DNA of 64,000 nt from an uncultured Alphaproteobacteria bacterium (GCA_963782975.1 CAWALT010000003.1:589805-653804), one strand, 5' to 3'; shown: positions 10,951-20,430, counted from the stretch's first letter. A program made the numbers and translations. Notes: generated by a model from the letters alone, not told the origin.

Positions 10951-11575
10951 CCTACGTTCTTCGAACTTCGGGCGGCACGCCAGAAGTGAGGTAGAACTAG
11001 GAGCGTCTCACGAAGCTTTAGCGTCGGTAGGGCGTAAAATTATGCGTTATGTTTATTTCCTAGAATTATCAAATAGCAATTATTTACGTTGGCTTTAGTA
11101 GCAATCTGAAACAACGAATTAAGGCTCATAATGACGGTAAAGTACCCGCAAAGCTAAAAAGGTTATGTTGCTGTTGAAACCAAAGAAAAAGCTATGGGCT
11201 TTAGAGAAATATTTTAAAACTGGATCAGGCAAGGCGGTGGCATTAAAGCGATTTCTTTAAGCCTTAGCCATATCATCCATACGTACGTAGCCTACCAACC
11301 GAAGCTTTAGCTTAGGGGGGAGAATCACAAAATCACCAAGTTCGCCCCACGATTTCCTATCTTGCTCTCCGTTTCTCCGTTACATGCGGACATTCGACCC
11401 GAAGGTACGCATGTCCAGAGCTCTTGATTTTACTGGGTTTTTCGAAAATGGGTCTTGAGGTTCGCTATTGGGGCTTCGAGCGGCGCATGTACCAGCAGAG
11501 TGAGAATTTTACGGTGAAACCCCAGGTTTCTATTGCTTAACGCTTGACTATTTAGTATATAAGCATACAATATGT

Positions 11576-12022
11576 ATGGATACTAAAGAGGCGTATATGT
11601 GGACAAGAACCTATAGCAAGACCTTTGAGGGCATTAGCTCGGAGGATATCTGGCGCATTTGGACAGACGTAAATAGTTGGCCAACTTGGCATGGTGATTT
11701 GGATTACTGCAAGCTTGAGGGTGACTTCGTGGTTGGTAACCATTTCATATTAAAGCCCAAAGGCGTGAAGCCCGTGAAAATCTTACTGACAGAAATTAAT
11801 GAAGGGCACCATTTTACCGACTGCACTTCGTTCTTCGGTGCCAAGATGTATGATACTCACTCTATGGAGAATACAGCAGAGGGACTAATCCTAACGAATA
11901 AACTGGTTGTGACCGGCCCGCTAAAATGGCTCTGGATCAAACTTGTGGCACAAAACGTAGCTGACACCGTGCCAGAGGAAATGGAAAATCTAGTAAAGCT
12001 TGCAAGAGGCAGAAATGTCTAA
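11576..12022 (+). CDS. SRPBCC-family protein (polyketide cyclase / AHSA1-like small-molecule-binding fold)
   Basis: 148 aa with Polyketide_cyc2-like sequence (WPTWHGD). It is the first gene of a three-gene overlapping operon. Confidence 0.5.
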   Translation: MDTKEAYMWTRTYSKTFEGISSEDIWRIWTDVNSWPTWHGDLDYCKLEGDFVVGNHFILKPKGVKPVKILLTEINEGHHFTDCTSFFGAKMYDTHSMENTAEGLILTNKLVVTGPLKWLWIKLVAQNVADTVPEEMENLVKLARGRNV

Positions 12023-12476
12023 CTTACCCTTTGGCTTTGACACACCAGAAGACAGCCCAGGGTTTCTACTCTGGCAAACGACCATGATCTGGCAGCGGCA
12101 AATTAAAAAGTCTTTGGAGCCTTATGATATATCTCATGCCCAGTTTGTCATTATGGCGACTTTAATGTGGTTTGAAGCTCATCACTATGACACGACCCAA
12201 ATCCTCATCGTGAACTGGTCCAAGCTTGATAAGATGACTGTTTCAAAGTCGCTCAGGAAACTTGTGGCACTTGGATGCGTGAATCGCATTGAACATGAAA
12301 CAGATACACGTGCTAAGAGCGTCTCGCTTACAGAGAAAGGTAAAGAGATGGTGCGCATGCTCGTTCCCATTGTCGAAGGAATTGATAGTACCTTTTTTAG
12401 TAAAGCATCTCATAAGGAACAAAAAAGTCTTGTGCATATTTTAGCGAAATTAACCGCAGGTACCCCAGATGAATAA
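12015..12476 (+). CDS. MarR-family transcriptional regulator
   Basis: Winged-helix region (LVALGCVNRIEHETDTRAKSVSLTEKGKEM). The ATG at 12015 overlaps the upstream stop (atgtctaa). The ORF track starts at 12000. Confidence 0.7.
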   Translation: MSNLPFGFDTPEDSPGFLLWQTTMIWQRQIKKSLEPYDISHAQFVIMATLMWFEAHHYDTTQILIVNWSKLDKMTVSKSLRKLVALGCVNRIEHETDTRAKSVSLTEKGKEMVRMLVPIVEGIDSTFFSKASHKEQKSLVHILAKLTAGTPDE

Positions 12477-12921
12477 GACAGCAAAATTCTGGATTGGCGT
12501 TGCTTGCAAAGAGCATGTAGAAAACGGTATTAAGCTTGGTATTTGCCAATTCTGTCACGGCAAATCTGCGCCTGCTAAACGATTATCCCGTGGTGATTTC
12601 GTGATTTATTACTCGTCTAAAGTAACTATGGAAGGATCTGAGCTCTATCAAAAATTTACTGCAATTGGCAAGGTAATTGATGATATGCCTTACCAAGTAG
12701 ATATGGGAGATGGACTCAAACCATTTAGGCGCAATATCAGTTATTTTGACGCAAAGCACATTGATATCAAATCGCTTGTATCGTTGCTAGACTTTATTAA
12801 AAATAAAGCTTCCTGGGGCTATGTTTTTCGCTATGGTTTTTTAGAAATTGATCAAAGATCGTTCGAAATAATCGCAACACATATGCTTGGAAGAAATCCC
12901 ATCAGAGAGGTAGATGCTTGA
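12469..12921 (+). CDS. EVE (PUA-like) domain protein
   Basis: 150 aa. The N-terminal KFWIGVACKEHV and the GDFVIYYSS...AIGKV pattern match the EVE fold. The start overlaps the marR stop by 8 nt. Confidence 0.55.
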   Translation: MNKTAKFWIGVACKEHVENGIKLGICQFCHGKSAPAKRLSRGDFVIYYSSKVTMEGSELYQKFTAIGKVIDDMPYQVDMGDGLKPFRRNISYFDAKHIDIKSLVSLLDFIKNKASWGYVFRYGFLEIDQRSFEIIATHMLGRNPIREVDA

Positions 12922-13121
12922 TGACGCTAAAGTTTTAGAGCATAGATGATTTTTGCACATGCATTTTTTAGAGAACAGAAACCGGAGTAGGGGTTGGGAA
13001 TTCGAAACGGAGAAAGTAAGGCAAATCAAGGGTTGGCAAGCAGATCCCACTAACTTTCCAAAAAGGAATATTATATATATAATTTATGCGTAGTTAAAAC
13101 TGAATTTGATGAGTATTAAGG

Positions 13122-13556
13122 ATGACTGTCTTGAGCTTTAAAATTATCAATCATGGTTCGCGTGAATACGAGGCAGCCGTAAAATTACGTGAAGGTATTC
13201 TACGTAAACCTTTAGGGCTTATCTTTTTGCCAGAAGAACTTGTAGCAGAAAAAGACCATATCCAAATTGCAGGGTTTCAAGGTGATGAAATTATTAGCAC
13301 AGCAGTGCTCGTACCGGAAGGCAACGATTATAAGATGCAGAGGGTTGTCGTGAAACAAGGGCTGCAAGATTCAGGCATTGGCTCGAAGATGTTAGAGTTT
13401 TGTGAAGCTTACGCAAAACATCAAGGCATTCGTTTCATTTACTGTCATGCAAGATATTCAGCCGTCAATTTTTATCTAAAGAATGGTTGGGTTGCTGAAG
13501 GGGATTATTTTGAGGAAGATACCATCCCGCACCTTAAAATGGGGAAGGTGCTATGA
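13122..13556 (+). CDS. GNAT-family N-acetyltransferase
   Basis: 144 aa with an acetyl-CoA-binding motif (VVVKQGLQDSGIGSKMLEFCEAYAKHQG). It overlaps the next gene by 4 nt. Confidence 0.7.
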   Translation: MTVLSFKIINHGSREYEAAVKLREGILRKPLGLIFLPEELVAEKDHIQIAGFQGDEIISTAVLVPEGNDYKMQRVVVKQGLQDSGIGSKMLEFCEAYAKHQGIRFIYCHARYSAVNFYLKNGWVAEGDYFEEDTIPHLKMGKVL

Positions 13557-14446
13557 CTTTTAATCATGTTATAGGAATGATAACACCCTCTAGCCCAGCG
13601 CCTGATGCCTTGGTCGAACAATCTGTCACATTTTTCGAAGCATTAGGGTTTAAAGTAAAAACAGGAAAGCATCTTGATAAAAATGAATTATTTGCAGCTG
13701 GTACTGATGAAGAAAGAGCCACAGATATCATGGATTTTTTCAAAGACCCAGAAATTTCAGTCATCATAACAACCAATGGAGGCGCTTGTTCAATTAGGAC
13801 CTTGCCTCTTTTAGATTATGGTCTGATTCAACAAAATCCAAAGATTATTGTAGGCTATTCAGACACAACAGCTTTACAGTTAGGTATTTATGCAAAAACT
13901 GGTGTATTATCTGTAACAGGCTTTAATTGCAGCGATATTAAAAATGGAGTTGTGGCCGATAACACATGGGCCTCTCTTTTAAATTGCTTAAATCAAAAAA
14001 GCTATTCTGTAAGCGGTGGTTATGCGGTCCACCATGGTAGTGTAACAGCCCCCTTAATTGGTGGAAACTTAACTTGCCTGCTCAATCTAATGGGAACGCC
14101 ATATCAACCAGATTTTTCAGGTAAAATTCTTTTAATAGAAGATGTTGGGATTGAGCCATACCTCGTTGAAGGTATGTTTTCTCAATTATACGTCGCAGGA
14201 ATACTAGATAACGTGGCCGGTATTATTATTGGCCATTTTACGGAATGTACGGCCAAGCATTTTGACTCCAAAGGCGTAACGACAGAAGATGTGATCGATT
14301 TCTGGTGTAAACGAATTAAGGTCCCATGCATTAAGAATTTTCCCTATGGTCATATTGAGAATGGGTACGTATTACCTCTTGGGCAGATTGTCACCTTAGA
14401 TGCTTCAAATTGTAGTCTGGATATTAATTTTACGGAGCAAATATGA
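13553..14446 (+). CDS. Peptidase S66 LD-carboxypeptidase (MccF / LdcA family)
   Basis: 297 aa with an S66-like motif (IVGYSDTTAL, containing the nucleophilic Ser). It resembles LdcA and the microcin C7 immunity protein MccF. Confidence 0.7.
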   Translation: MTFNHVIGMITPSSPAPDALVEQSVTFFEALGFKVKTGKHLDKNELFAAGTDEERATDIMDFFKDPEISVIITTNGGACSIRTLPLLDYGLIQQNPKIIVGYSDTTALQLGIYAKTGVLSVTGFNCSDIKNGVVADNTWASLLNCLNQKSYSVSGGYAVHHGSVTAPLIGGNLTCLLNLMGTPYQPDFSGKILLIEDVGIEPYLVEGMFSQLYVAGILDNVAGIIIGHFTECTAKHFDSKGVTTEDVIDFWCKRIKVPCIKNFPYGHIENGYVLPLGQIVTLDASNCSLDINFTEQI

Positions 14447-15462
14447 GCAAGTTATACTTCATAGGTGGCGCCAGTGGTAGCGGTAAAACGGCCGTTATGC
14501 CTTATTTAAAAGAGCTCTTGAGAGATACTATCGCCGTTTATGATTTTGATGACATCGGTGTACCCGATGGCGCTGACAAAAAATGGCGTCAGGAGTCTAC
14601 CGAGAAGTGGCTACAGAAATTATTCAAGGGTGACAAAGACGCCTGCTTGCTTGGTCAAGTTGTTTTAGGTGAAATACTTAGCTGTCCTTCCGCTAAACAG
14701 ATAGGAAAAATCAAATTTTGTCTTTTAGATGTTAGTGATTTTGAACGTATTGGGCGCCTCAAAAAGCGTAATACCTATGGCGTTGATCAAAACATGCTGA
14801 ACTGGTCAGCATGGCTTCGTATGCATCATCAGGATCCTCAATGGGCGCCACACGTTATCCAGGAAGACGCTGCCAGTATCATGGATTTTAGCCGACTATC
14901 TACTCTCAGAAGCTATGAAGAAGTTGCGAATATAAAAATCCTTGATACAACCAACCTTGCATTGCATGAAGTTGCGGGGGAGTTGGCAGATTGGGTAAAT
15001 CACACAGAAAATACTGACTACAATCTACCTATACCAAACACCAGTTATAGGCTGGAACTGAATGCCCCAAATGTATACAACACTATAGATCAAAAGTTAT
15101 TTGAGTTTAACAAGTCATGCGTTCCTGCGACACAGAAACCAGAAGTGATTCATCTAAATCTCACGATCAAGAACGGTGACGAAGTGATTGCAGGCATTTG
15201 CGCGGATGTGTACATATGGAAGATCCTTTACATCAGCGTATTTTTTGTTGAGGAAAATTACCGTCATCAAGGGTTAGGCACAATCCTATTGAATAAGGTC
15301 GAAGAAAAAGCAAAACAATTAGGCGCTACTTTATCTCACCTCGATACCTTTGATTTCCAAGCGAAAGATTTTTACCTCAAGCATGGTTATGAAGTGTTTG
15401 GCGTTTTAGACGACTGCCCCAAAGGCCATAAGCGATATTATATGAAGAAGGTTTTGAGGTAA
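14443..15462 (+). CDS. Fusion protein: N-terminal P-loop kinase (chloramphenicol-phosphotransferase-like / AAA_33-like) plus C-terminal GNAT acetyltransferase
   Basis: Walker A motif FIGGASGSGKTAV near the N-terminus. The C-terminal ~130 aa carry a GNAT motif (EENYRHQGLGTILLNKVEEKAKQLGA). There is a 4-nt overlap with the upstream gene. Confidence 0.55.
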   Translation: MSKLYFIGGASGSGKTAVMPYLKELLRDTIAVYDFDDIGVPDGADKKWRQESTEKWLQKLFKGDKDACLLGQVVLGEILSCPSAKQIGKIKFCLLDVSDFERIGRLKKRNTYGVDQNMLNWSAWLRMHHQDPQWAPHVIQEDAASIMDFSRLSTLRSYEEVANIKILDTTNLALHEVAGELADWVNHTENTDYNLPIPNTSYRLELNAPNVYNTIDQKLFEFNKSCVPATQKPEVIHLNLTIKNGDEVIAGICADVYIWKILYISVFFVEENYRHQGLGTILLNKVEEKAKQLGATLSHLDTFDFQAKDFYLKHGYEVFGVLDDCPKGHKRYYMKKVLR

Positions 15463-15466
15463 TGAT

Positions 15467-16486
15467 ATGCTAACAAAACCAAATCTTACAGACGAACAAA
15501 TCATTGCCTGTTTACACGAGGAGTACGGATTGAATGTGGAGACGATAACATTTCTTCCCATTGGGGCTGATTTTAACACGGCTGTCTATCGTGTTGTGAC
15601 AAATAAAGGATGGGAATATTTTCTCAAATTAAGGAGTAGTGAATTTTTGGAGGCCTCAGTGTCAGTTCCAAACTACTTGGCTGAGCTGGGTATCAAACAA
15701 GTAATCCCGCCTCTTGCAACCAAGACAGGACAACTTTGGGCAGACCTGGCATCCTTCAAGACGATTCTCTACCCTTATGTGGAGGGGCATAATGGCGTAG
15801 AAGCCAAACTATCAGAAGATCAGTGGGGTCAATTTGGAGCGGCCATTAAAAAGCTTCATAGCACCGATATTCCAAACGCCCTAACAAGTGGCACACCACG
15901 GGAAATGTTCTCTTCCAAATGGCGAGAAACCGTCAAAGCCTTTCTAATACGCATTGAAAATGAAGTTTTTGAGGAGCCTGTTGCTGTAAGAATGGCACTG
16001 TTCCTGAAATCCAAAAGTACTGAGATTCTTAAAATCGTTGAGCGAACTGAAGAACTTGCCATCACACTTCAAAAACAGATACTCGAATATATTTTATGCC
16101 ACGCAGATATTCATGGCTGGAACTTGATTGTTGATAAAGATGGTGCGCTGTATATCGTTGATTGGGATACCATCATTTTGGCCCCGAAAGAGCGAGATCT
16201 TATGTTTATTGGTGCCGGTATTTGGGATAGCGGTCGTTCACCGATTGAAGAGGAGAATCTTTTTTATCAGGGCTATGACCAAACAGAAATAAACCAAGAT
16301 GCAATTTGCTACTATCGCTACGAACGTATTATTCAGGACATCGGTGAATACTGCGAGCACATCTTTTTATCTGATGAAGGTGGTGATGATAGGATGCAAT
16401 CATTTGAATATTTGCAATCCTTTTTTCTGCCGAATGGTGCCATAGAGAGAGCATATCAGTCCGACAAAGCATTGACAGCTATTTAA
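15467..16486 (+). CDS. APH-fold phosphotransferase (aminoglycoside/macrolide phosphotransferase-like kinase)
   Basis: Brenner motif HADIHGWN (HxDxxxxN) and the DFG-equivalent IVDWD. The 339-aa length fits an APH or Mph enzyme. Confidence 0.65.
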   Translation: MLTKPNLTDEQIIACLHEEYGLNVETITFLPIGADFNTAVYRVVTNKGWEYFLKLRSSEFLEASVSVPNYLAELGIKQVIPPLATKTGQLWADLASFKTILYPYVEGHNGVEAKLSEDQWGQFGAAIKKLHSTDIPNALTSGTPREMFSSKWRETVKAFLIRIENEVFEEPVAVRMALFLKSKSTEILKIVERTEELAITLQKQILEYILCHADIHGWNLIVDKDGALYIVDWDTIILAPKERDLMFIGAGIWDSGRSPIEEENLFYQGYDQTEINQDAICYYRYERIIQDIGEYCEHIFLSDEGGDDRMQSFEYLQSFFLPNGAIERAYQSDKALTAI

Positions 16487-16530
16487 TGTGCAGTTGAAGG
16501 GGCTGGAGACTTTGATAAGGAGTTAAGAAA

Positions 16531-17772
16531 GTGGGTGGCAATATGACAAAAGACATTCAAAAACTTGAGCGAAATCTACTTTTAGAAAGCTCAAAACTTC
16601 TGAAGGAATGCTTTAAGAGACCTATTCGAATTAAAGATATGTATTTTTTAAGCGAGCCTGATAGACGCAATATTTTAGCGCGTTTAATTTTAGAGGACCC
16701 TCAGAAAAGTATCAACTCTGTCATACTAAAACAATCGCTTTCTCATAGAAGCCACGATAGCAGAGAGGATGTTTTGGAAAGGTTTGCACGTGAGTATGCA
16801 GGGCTCAAGTTATTAAGTGAATCAGATACCAACTATAGCGTCCCAAGGTTTTTTGGCGGAAACCAATCTTTATATTTTATCTTGTTAGAAGACTTAGGAA
16901 GCGAACATATAAGTTTAGTCGATAGCCTAACAAAATCAGACGCGGATAAAGCTTCTCTTGCTCTTAAACGCTTTACTAAATCACTGGCGCATTTTCATAT
17001 GGCGAGTATCGGCCGACTAAAAATTTATGACCAAATACTAAACCAAATATATCCTGGCAGGAAGACGATTCAAAGCGAGATAAAATGGAAACAAAATGAT
17101 TTATTGCCCAAATTAGAACGAGCATGCAGGATCTTTGAATTACCTTTTACTGACACCATAAAACGAGAAGCCATTTCAGTAATTGAGGAAGTATTTATGC
17201 CTGGGCCTTTCCATGTATTAACCCATGGTGATATTTGCCCAGATAATGTATTTGACCACGAAGATAAGGATGAGTTGCAGCTGATCGATTTTGAATGGGC
17301 AAAGCCGGGGAGCAGTTTATTAGATGCCACTTATTTTAAGATGAATTTTCCAACCTGTTGGTGTGCGAAAGCATTGCCGGAAAAGGTTATTATAGAGCTA
17401 GACCAACTTTATCGAGATATGATGGCACACAAAATTCCTGAAAGCTTGGATGATCATAAATACTATCATGCCTATACACACGCCTGCGGGTTCTGGTTGC
17501 TTAGAGCTATGCCCTTTGTTAAAAGAATAATGGAAAAAAATTATTCCTGGTCATCGGGCCCTGTCCCATCCGAATCTTTGTGGAAGCCAGAGCAAAATTT
17601 GGTTAGGCCACGCTTTATCTCGCGGCTCGAAGCATTCATTCAGGTTTCAGAAACACATAATCTTCTGCCACACTTGCGGCTCGTGGCCAAGCAGATGTTA
17701 GAGAAGGCATACCAGAAATGGTATGATGCTTGCCCACTTGATATGTATCCTGCGTTCAGCGCTAACCTATGA
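16531..17772 (+). CDS. APH/CHK-fold kinase (phosphotransferase enzyme family), second paralog
   Basis: Catalytic motifs LTHGDICPDNVF (HGDxxxxN) and LIDFEWA. 413 aa. Confidence 0.6.
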   Translation: MGGNMTKDIQKLERNLLLESSKLLKECFKRPIRIKDMYFLSEPDRRNILARLILEDPQKSINSVILKQSLSHRSHDSREDVLERFAREYAGLKLLSESDTNYSVPRFFGGNQSLYFILLEDLGSEHISLVDSLTKSDADKASLALKRFTKSLAHFHMASIGRLKIYDQILNQIYPGRKTIQSEIKWKQNDLLPKLERACRIFELPFTDTIKREAISVIEEVFMPGPFHVLTHGDICPDNVFDHEDKDELQLIDFEWAKPGSSLLDATYFKMNFPTCWCAKALPEKVIIELDQLYRDMMAHKIPESLDDHKYYHAYTHACGFWLLRAMPFVKRIMEKNYSWSSGPVPSESLWKPEQNLVRPRFISRLEAFIQVSETHNLLPHLRLVAKQMLEKAYQKWYDACPLDMYPAFSANL

Positions 17773-17864
17773 CACCTTCCTCGGCTTAAGATAGGAGAGG
17801 GTGCCCCCATTAAAGAGAATAAAGCAATAGTGGACAAGACGAGAATATGAATTTTTAAGAGCTA

Positions 17865-18400
17865 TAGGCACTCAATCGCCATTAAAGACCATGCAAGATC
17901 TAAATATATTATGGCGAGAGATTATCCTTATTACTCAGGCTATTATCATCAAAGGTCCTTTGAGGAGTGCGTGATGTATTTAGATGAGGCGGATAATTAT
18001 CAAGATAGTAGAATAGATCGCCTCATTATAGGTAAGTTTTACTCCATCGCAATATGATGGGAGGCACCCAAGGACATAGACATAATTGAATAGCAGCTTA
18101 TCCGCTAGATTCCCTTGATAACGACTTTGATGGATACGCTTCTATTCCGCCTAAAGCTTATAAGCTTAAAGGGAATACTGTGATAGGAAATAATGTTTGG
18201 ATTGGAGCCGATAGCATGTTTTGCCAGGCATCCAAATTGGCGATGGAGCGAAGGTCGGAGTAAGAAGTTTAGCAACTAAAAATATTGGCCCTTATGAAAT
18301 CTGGGTCGGCAGTCTAGCTCGTTTAATTAAGAAACGCGATATCCAAAAACTTTTAAAAATTAAATGGCGGGATTTAGATCTAATAACGTCGTAGGGTTAT
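17865..18400 (+). pseudogene. Xenobiotic (hexapeptide-repeat) acetyltransferase, Vat/CatB family; frameshifted pseudogene
   Basis: Conceptual translation across at least three frames recovers DYPYYSGYYH...RLIIGKFYSIAI, then NTVIGNNVWIGADSMF, then the family-typical C-terminus QKLLKIKWRDLDL (compare LLxIKWWNW). No intact ORF spans the region. Confidence 0.6.
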
Positions 18401-18716
18401 GGAATAGGTTTCAAGAAGGTAAGTTATAGTTAGTAAACTTTCTTATGTTTACCGCTCATTCTGCTTACTAAGCAAGATGTTTTCTGGAGGAGCTTGAATT
18501 GTCAAGGTAGGTAACAAAGGAGTATTAATAGAAAAAACTGCATAATAAAAATAACTTTTATTTGCCAAGAAAAAATAGTTATATTTAATATAAATTTATC
18601 ATATAAAATAAATTTATTGATTGTTTTGTCTGATTGTATTATTAATTTTCTTAAAAAATTAAACTTAGTGAGTCAGTAACATTAGGGTACCTGGTTTTAA
18701 GTATTTCTTATATTTT

Positions 18717-19769
18717 TTGGGTTTTACTTTTTTGATAAGCATGGTTTATCAAAAATATTACCCTACCTATGCATTGAGCCATATCTTAGATGAATATGGG
18801 TTTGTAGATGTGGAGCAAAAGCAAAGCTTGCAAGACTTATTCAAGCAAGCCTCTATTATCCCCCCTGATAAGTCATGGGAGGATATTTTTCCCAAACGAG
18901 CTGCTCAAGATGAATTGCTTTTAGACTTGGTGAAGATAATTGAGGAAACTCAGGAAAAATTTACTATTAGGAGTGGTACACAGGAGCGATGGGAGGTTCA
19001 ACCGCTTGAATGGATGCAGCGCAATGAGGAAAGGCTTCTTCATAATTTAAAGGTACTAGGCTTTGTTGAGGCTGTATCTCCTAAAGTTAAAAAGGTTGAT
19101 GCTATTTGTATCTTAGGCGCACGGAAAAAGATTATGGCTGAGCGCATTAAATATGTGGAGTTTTTGCAAAAAACTGACTCTCTACAAGCTAAAGCCATTA
19201 TTTTACTTGCTGGCGAGCGTTATGTAACGGAAGGTGTCGACGGTACGGAGGAAGAACTTTCGCACATTGCCAAGATATTTAAGCTGGATGATTGGCGAAA
19301 GCTAACGGAAACACACCTTATTCAATACTTATATAATAGGTCTGAGTTATATAAAAGCTCGTTGCCTGTTTATGTTATCGATACGCCGGCGCGGGAGTTG
19401 CCAAGGCCTACAACTCAGACAACGATCCTTGAACTTATTTCCTGGTTGCAAAATCATGACGGCATACAAAGTATATTATTTATCTCTAACCAACCTTATG
19501 TGAAGTATCAGGGGATTATCATTAGTTTGACTTTTAAGGAGAAAAGAAACGATATTGTCTACGAGATCGTAGGGCCCTCTGTTGCGCAACCAAGTAACAT
19601 ACCATCGATTATTGAAGGGCTAGGGTCTTATATATGGGCGGCTTCACCCACTGTGCTAGCGAGATTAAATGTCGATCTTATCAATCCTGGTATAAAGGCA
19701 GCCCTGAAGAAATTGTATCTTAAGCATCCTCTTATTTATCACTCTTTGCCAAAGTCTGTTAGGCATTAG
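18717..19769 (+). CDS. DUF218 (YdcF/SanA-like) domain protein with ~110-aa N-terminal extension
   Basis: Pattern DAICILGARKK...AIILLAGERY...YVIDTPA..RPTTQTTILE...ILFISNQPYV. It parallels the DUF218 signature ivvLGa...iilSGG...SrnTyENa...lVTs.Hm. It is preceded by a 300-bp AT-rich region. Confidence 0.45.
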   Translation: MGFTFLISMVYQKYYPTYALSHILDEYGFVDVEQKQSLQDLFKQASIIPPDKSWEDIFPKRAAQDELLLDLVKIIEETQEKFTIRSGTQERWEVQPLEWMQRNEERLLHNLKVLGFVEAVSPKVKKVDAICILGARKKIMAERIKYVEFLQKTDSLQAKAIILLAGERYVTEGVDGTEEELSHIAKIFKLDDWRKLTETHLIQYLYNRSELYKSSLPVYVIDTPARELPRPTTQTTILELISWLQNHDGIQSILFISNQPYVKYQGIIISLTFKEKRNDIVYEIVGPSVAQPSNIPSIIEGLGSYIWAASPTVLARLNVDLINPGIKAALKKLYLKHPLIYHSLPKSVRH

Positions 19770-19840
19770 CATGCTAATTGTTAACCCTCATTGGCATCCA
19801 TTATTTCCGTAGGAATAAACTAAAAGAAAGATAATGTTAT

Positions 19841-20221
19841 ATGAACCTTGTTGTATATCAACGAAAGGCTACTTATTGCGTTTTTTTAATTTCCGTAGCG
19901 CTCCTCGCGAATTGCTCTGTATACAAAGCTTCTTCACATGAAGGAATAGCTGTTTCGGACATCAAAAAATGTTCGATGAAAGGTTGCTTCCTATCTCATG
20001 GGATGAAAATAATAGATCACCATCAGGAAAAAGACGGAAAATATGTAGAAATATATAGAGCCATAGCAAGGAAATCAGGGCTCAATTATGTGAGGGCTAT
20101 GGGACATGGAGTATTGGATGTTTGTACTCTTGGCATTTGGGAGGTCGCTGGTACCCCCGTAGAGGGGGCCTTCTCAAATAATCGAGGGGTATATTACGGT
20201 GAAGGCTACCTATCCTTATAA
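19841..20221 (+). CDS. Hypothetical lipoprotein
   Basis: N-terminal signal with a lipobox-like LLANC. 126 aa, no recognisable domain. Confidence 0.35.
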   Translation: MNLVVYQRKATYCVFLISVALLANCSVYKASSHEGIAVSDIKKCSMKGCFLSHGMKIIDHHQEKDGKYVEIYRAIARKSGLNYVRAMGHGVLDVCTLGIWEVAGTPVEGAFSNNRGVYYGEGYLSL

Positions 20222-20430
20222 AGGGGCTGATAAGGCAGAATCAGTAGAGGTTTATGACGCTAATGGAAATAAAGTCACATAATTATAGCGCCTAGAGTTC
20301 GTGATATATTAAGGGAACGAGAAAGGTTATAAAGTCTCTTTCTTTACACTCATTTAAGCAATATTAATTATAGTCTCCTTTATTATTAAGGGAAATAAAT
20401 AATTTTTGCGTTGGGAAGAAAGGCACTCTT

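Noticed and set aside
10711-10989. 92-aa ORF called across the tRNA-Ser gene
   Set aside because: The sequence folds as a canonical tRNA-Ser followed by a repeat scar. The ORF is an artefact of an open frame through structured RNA.
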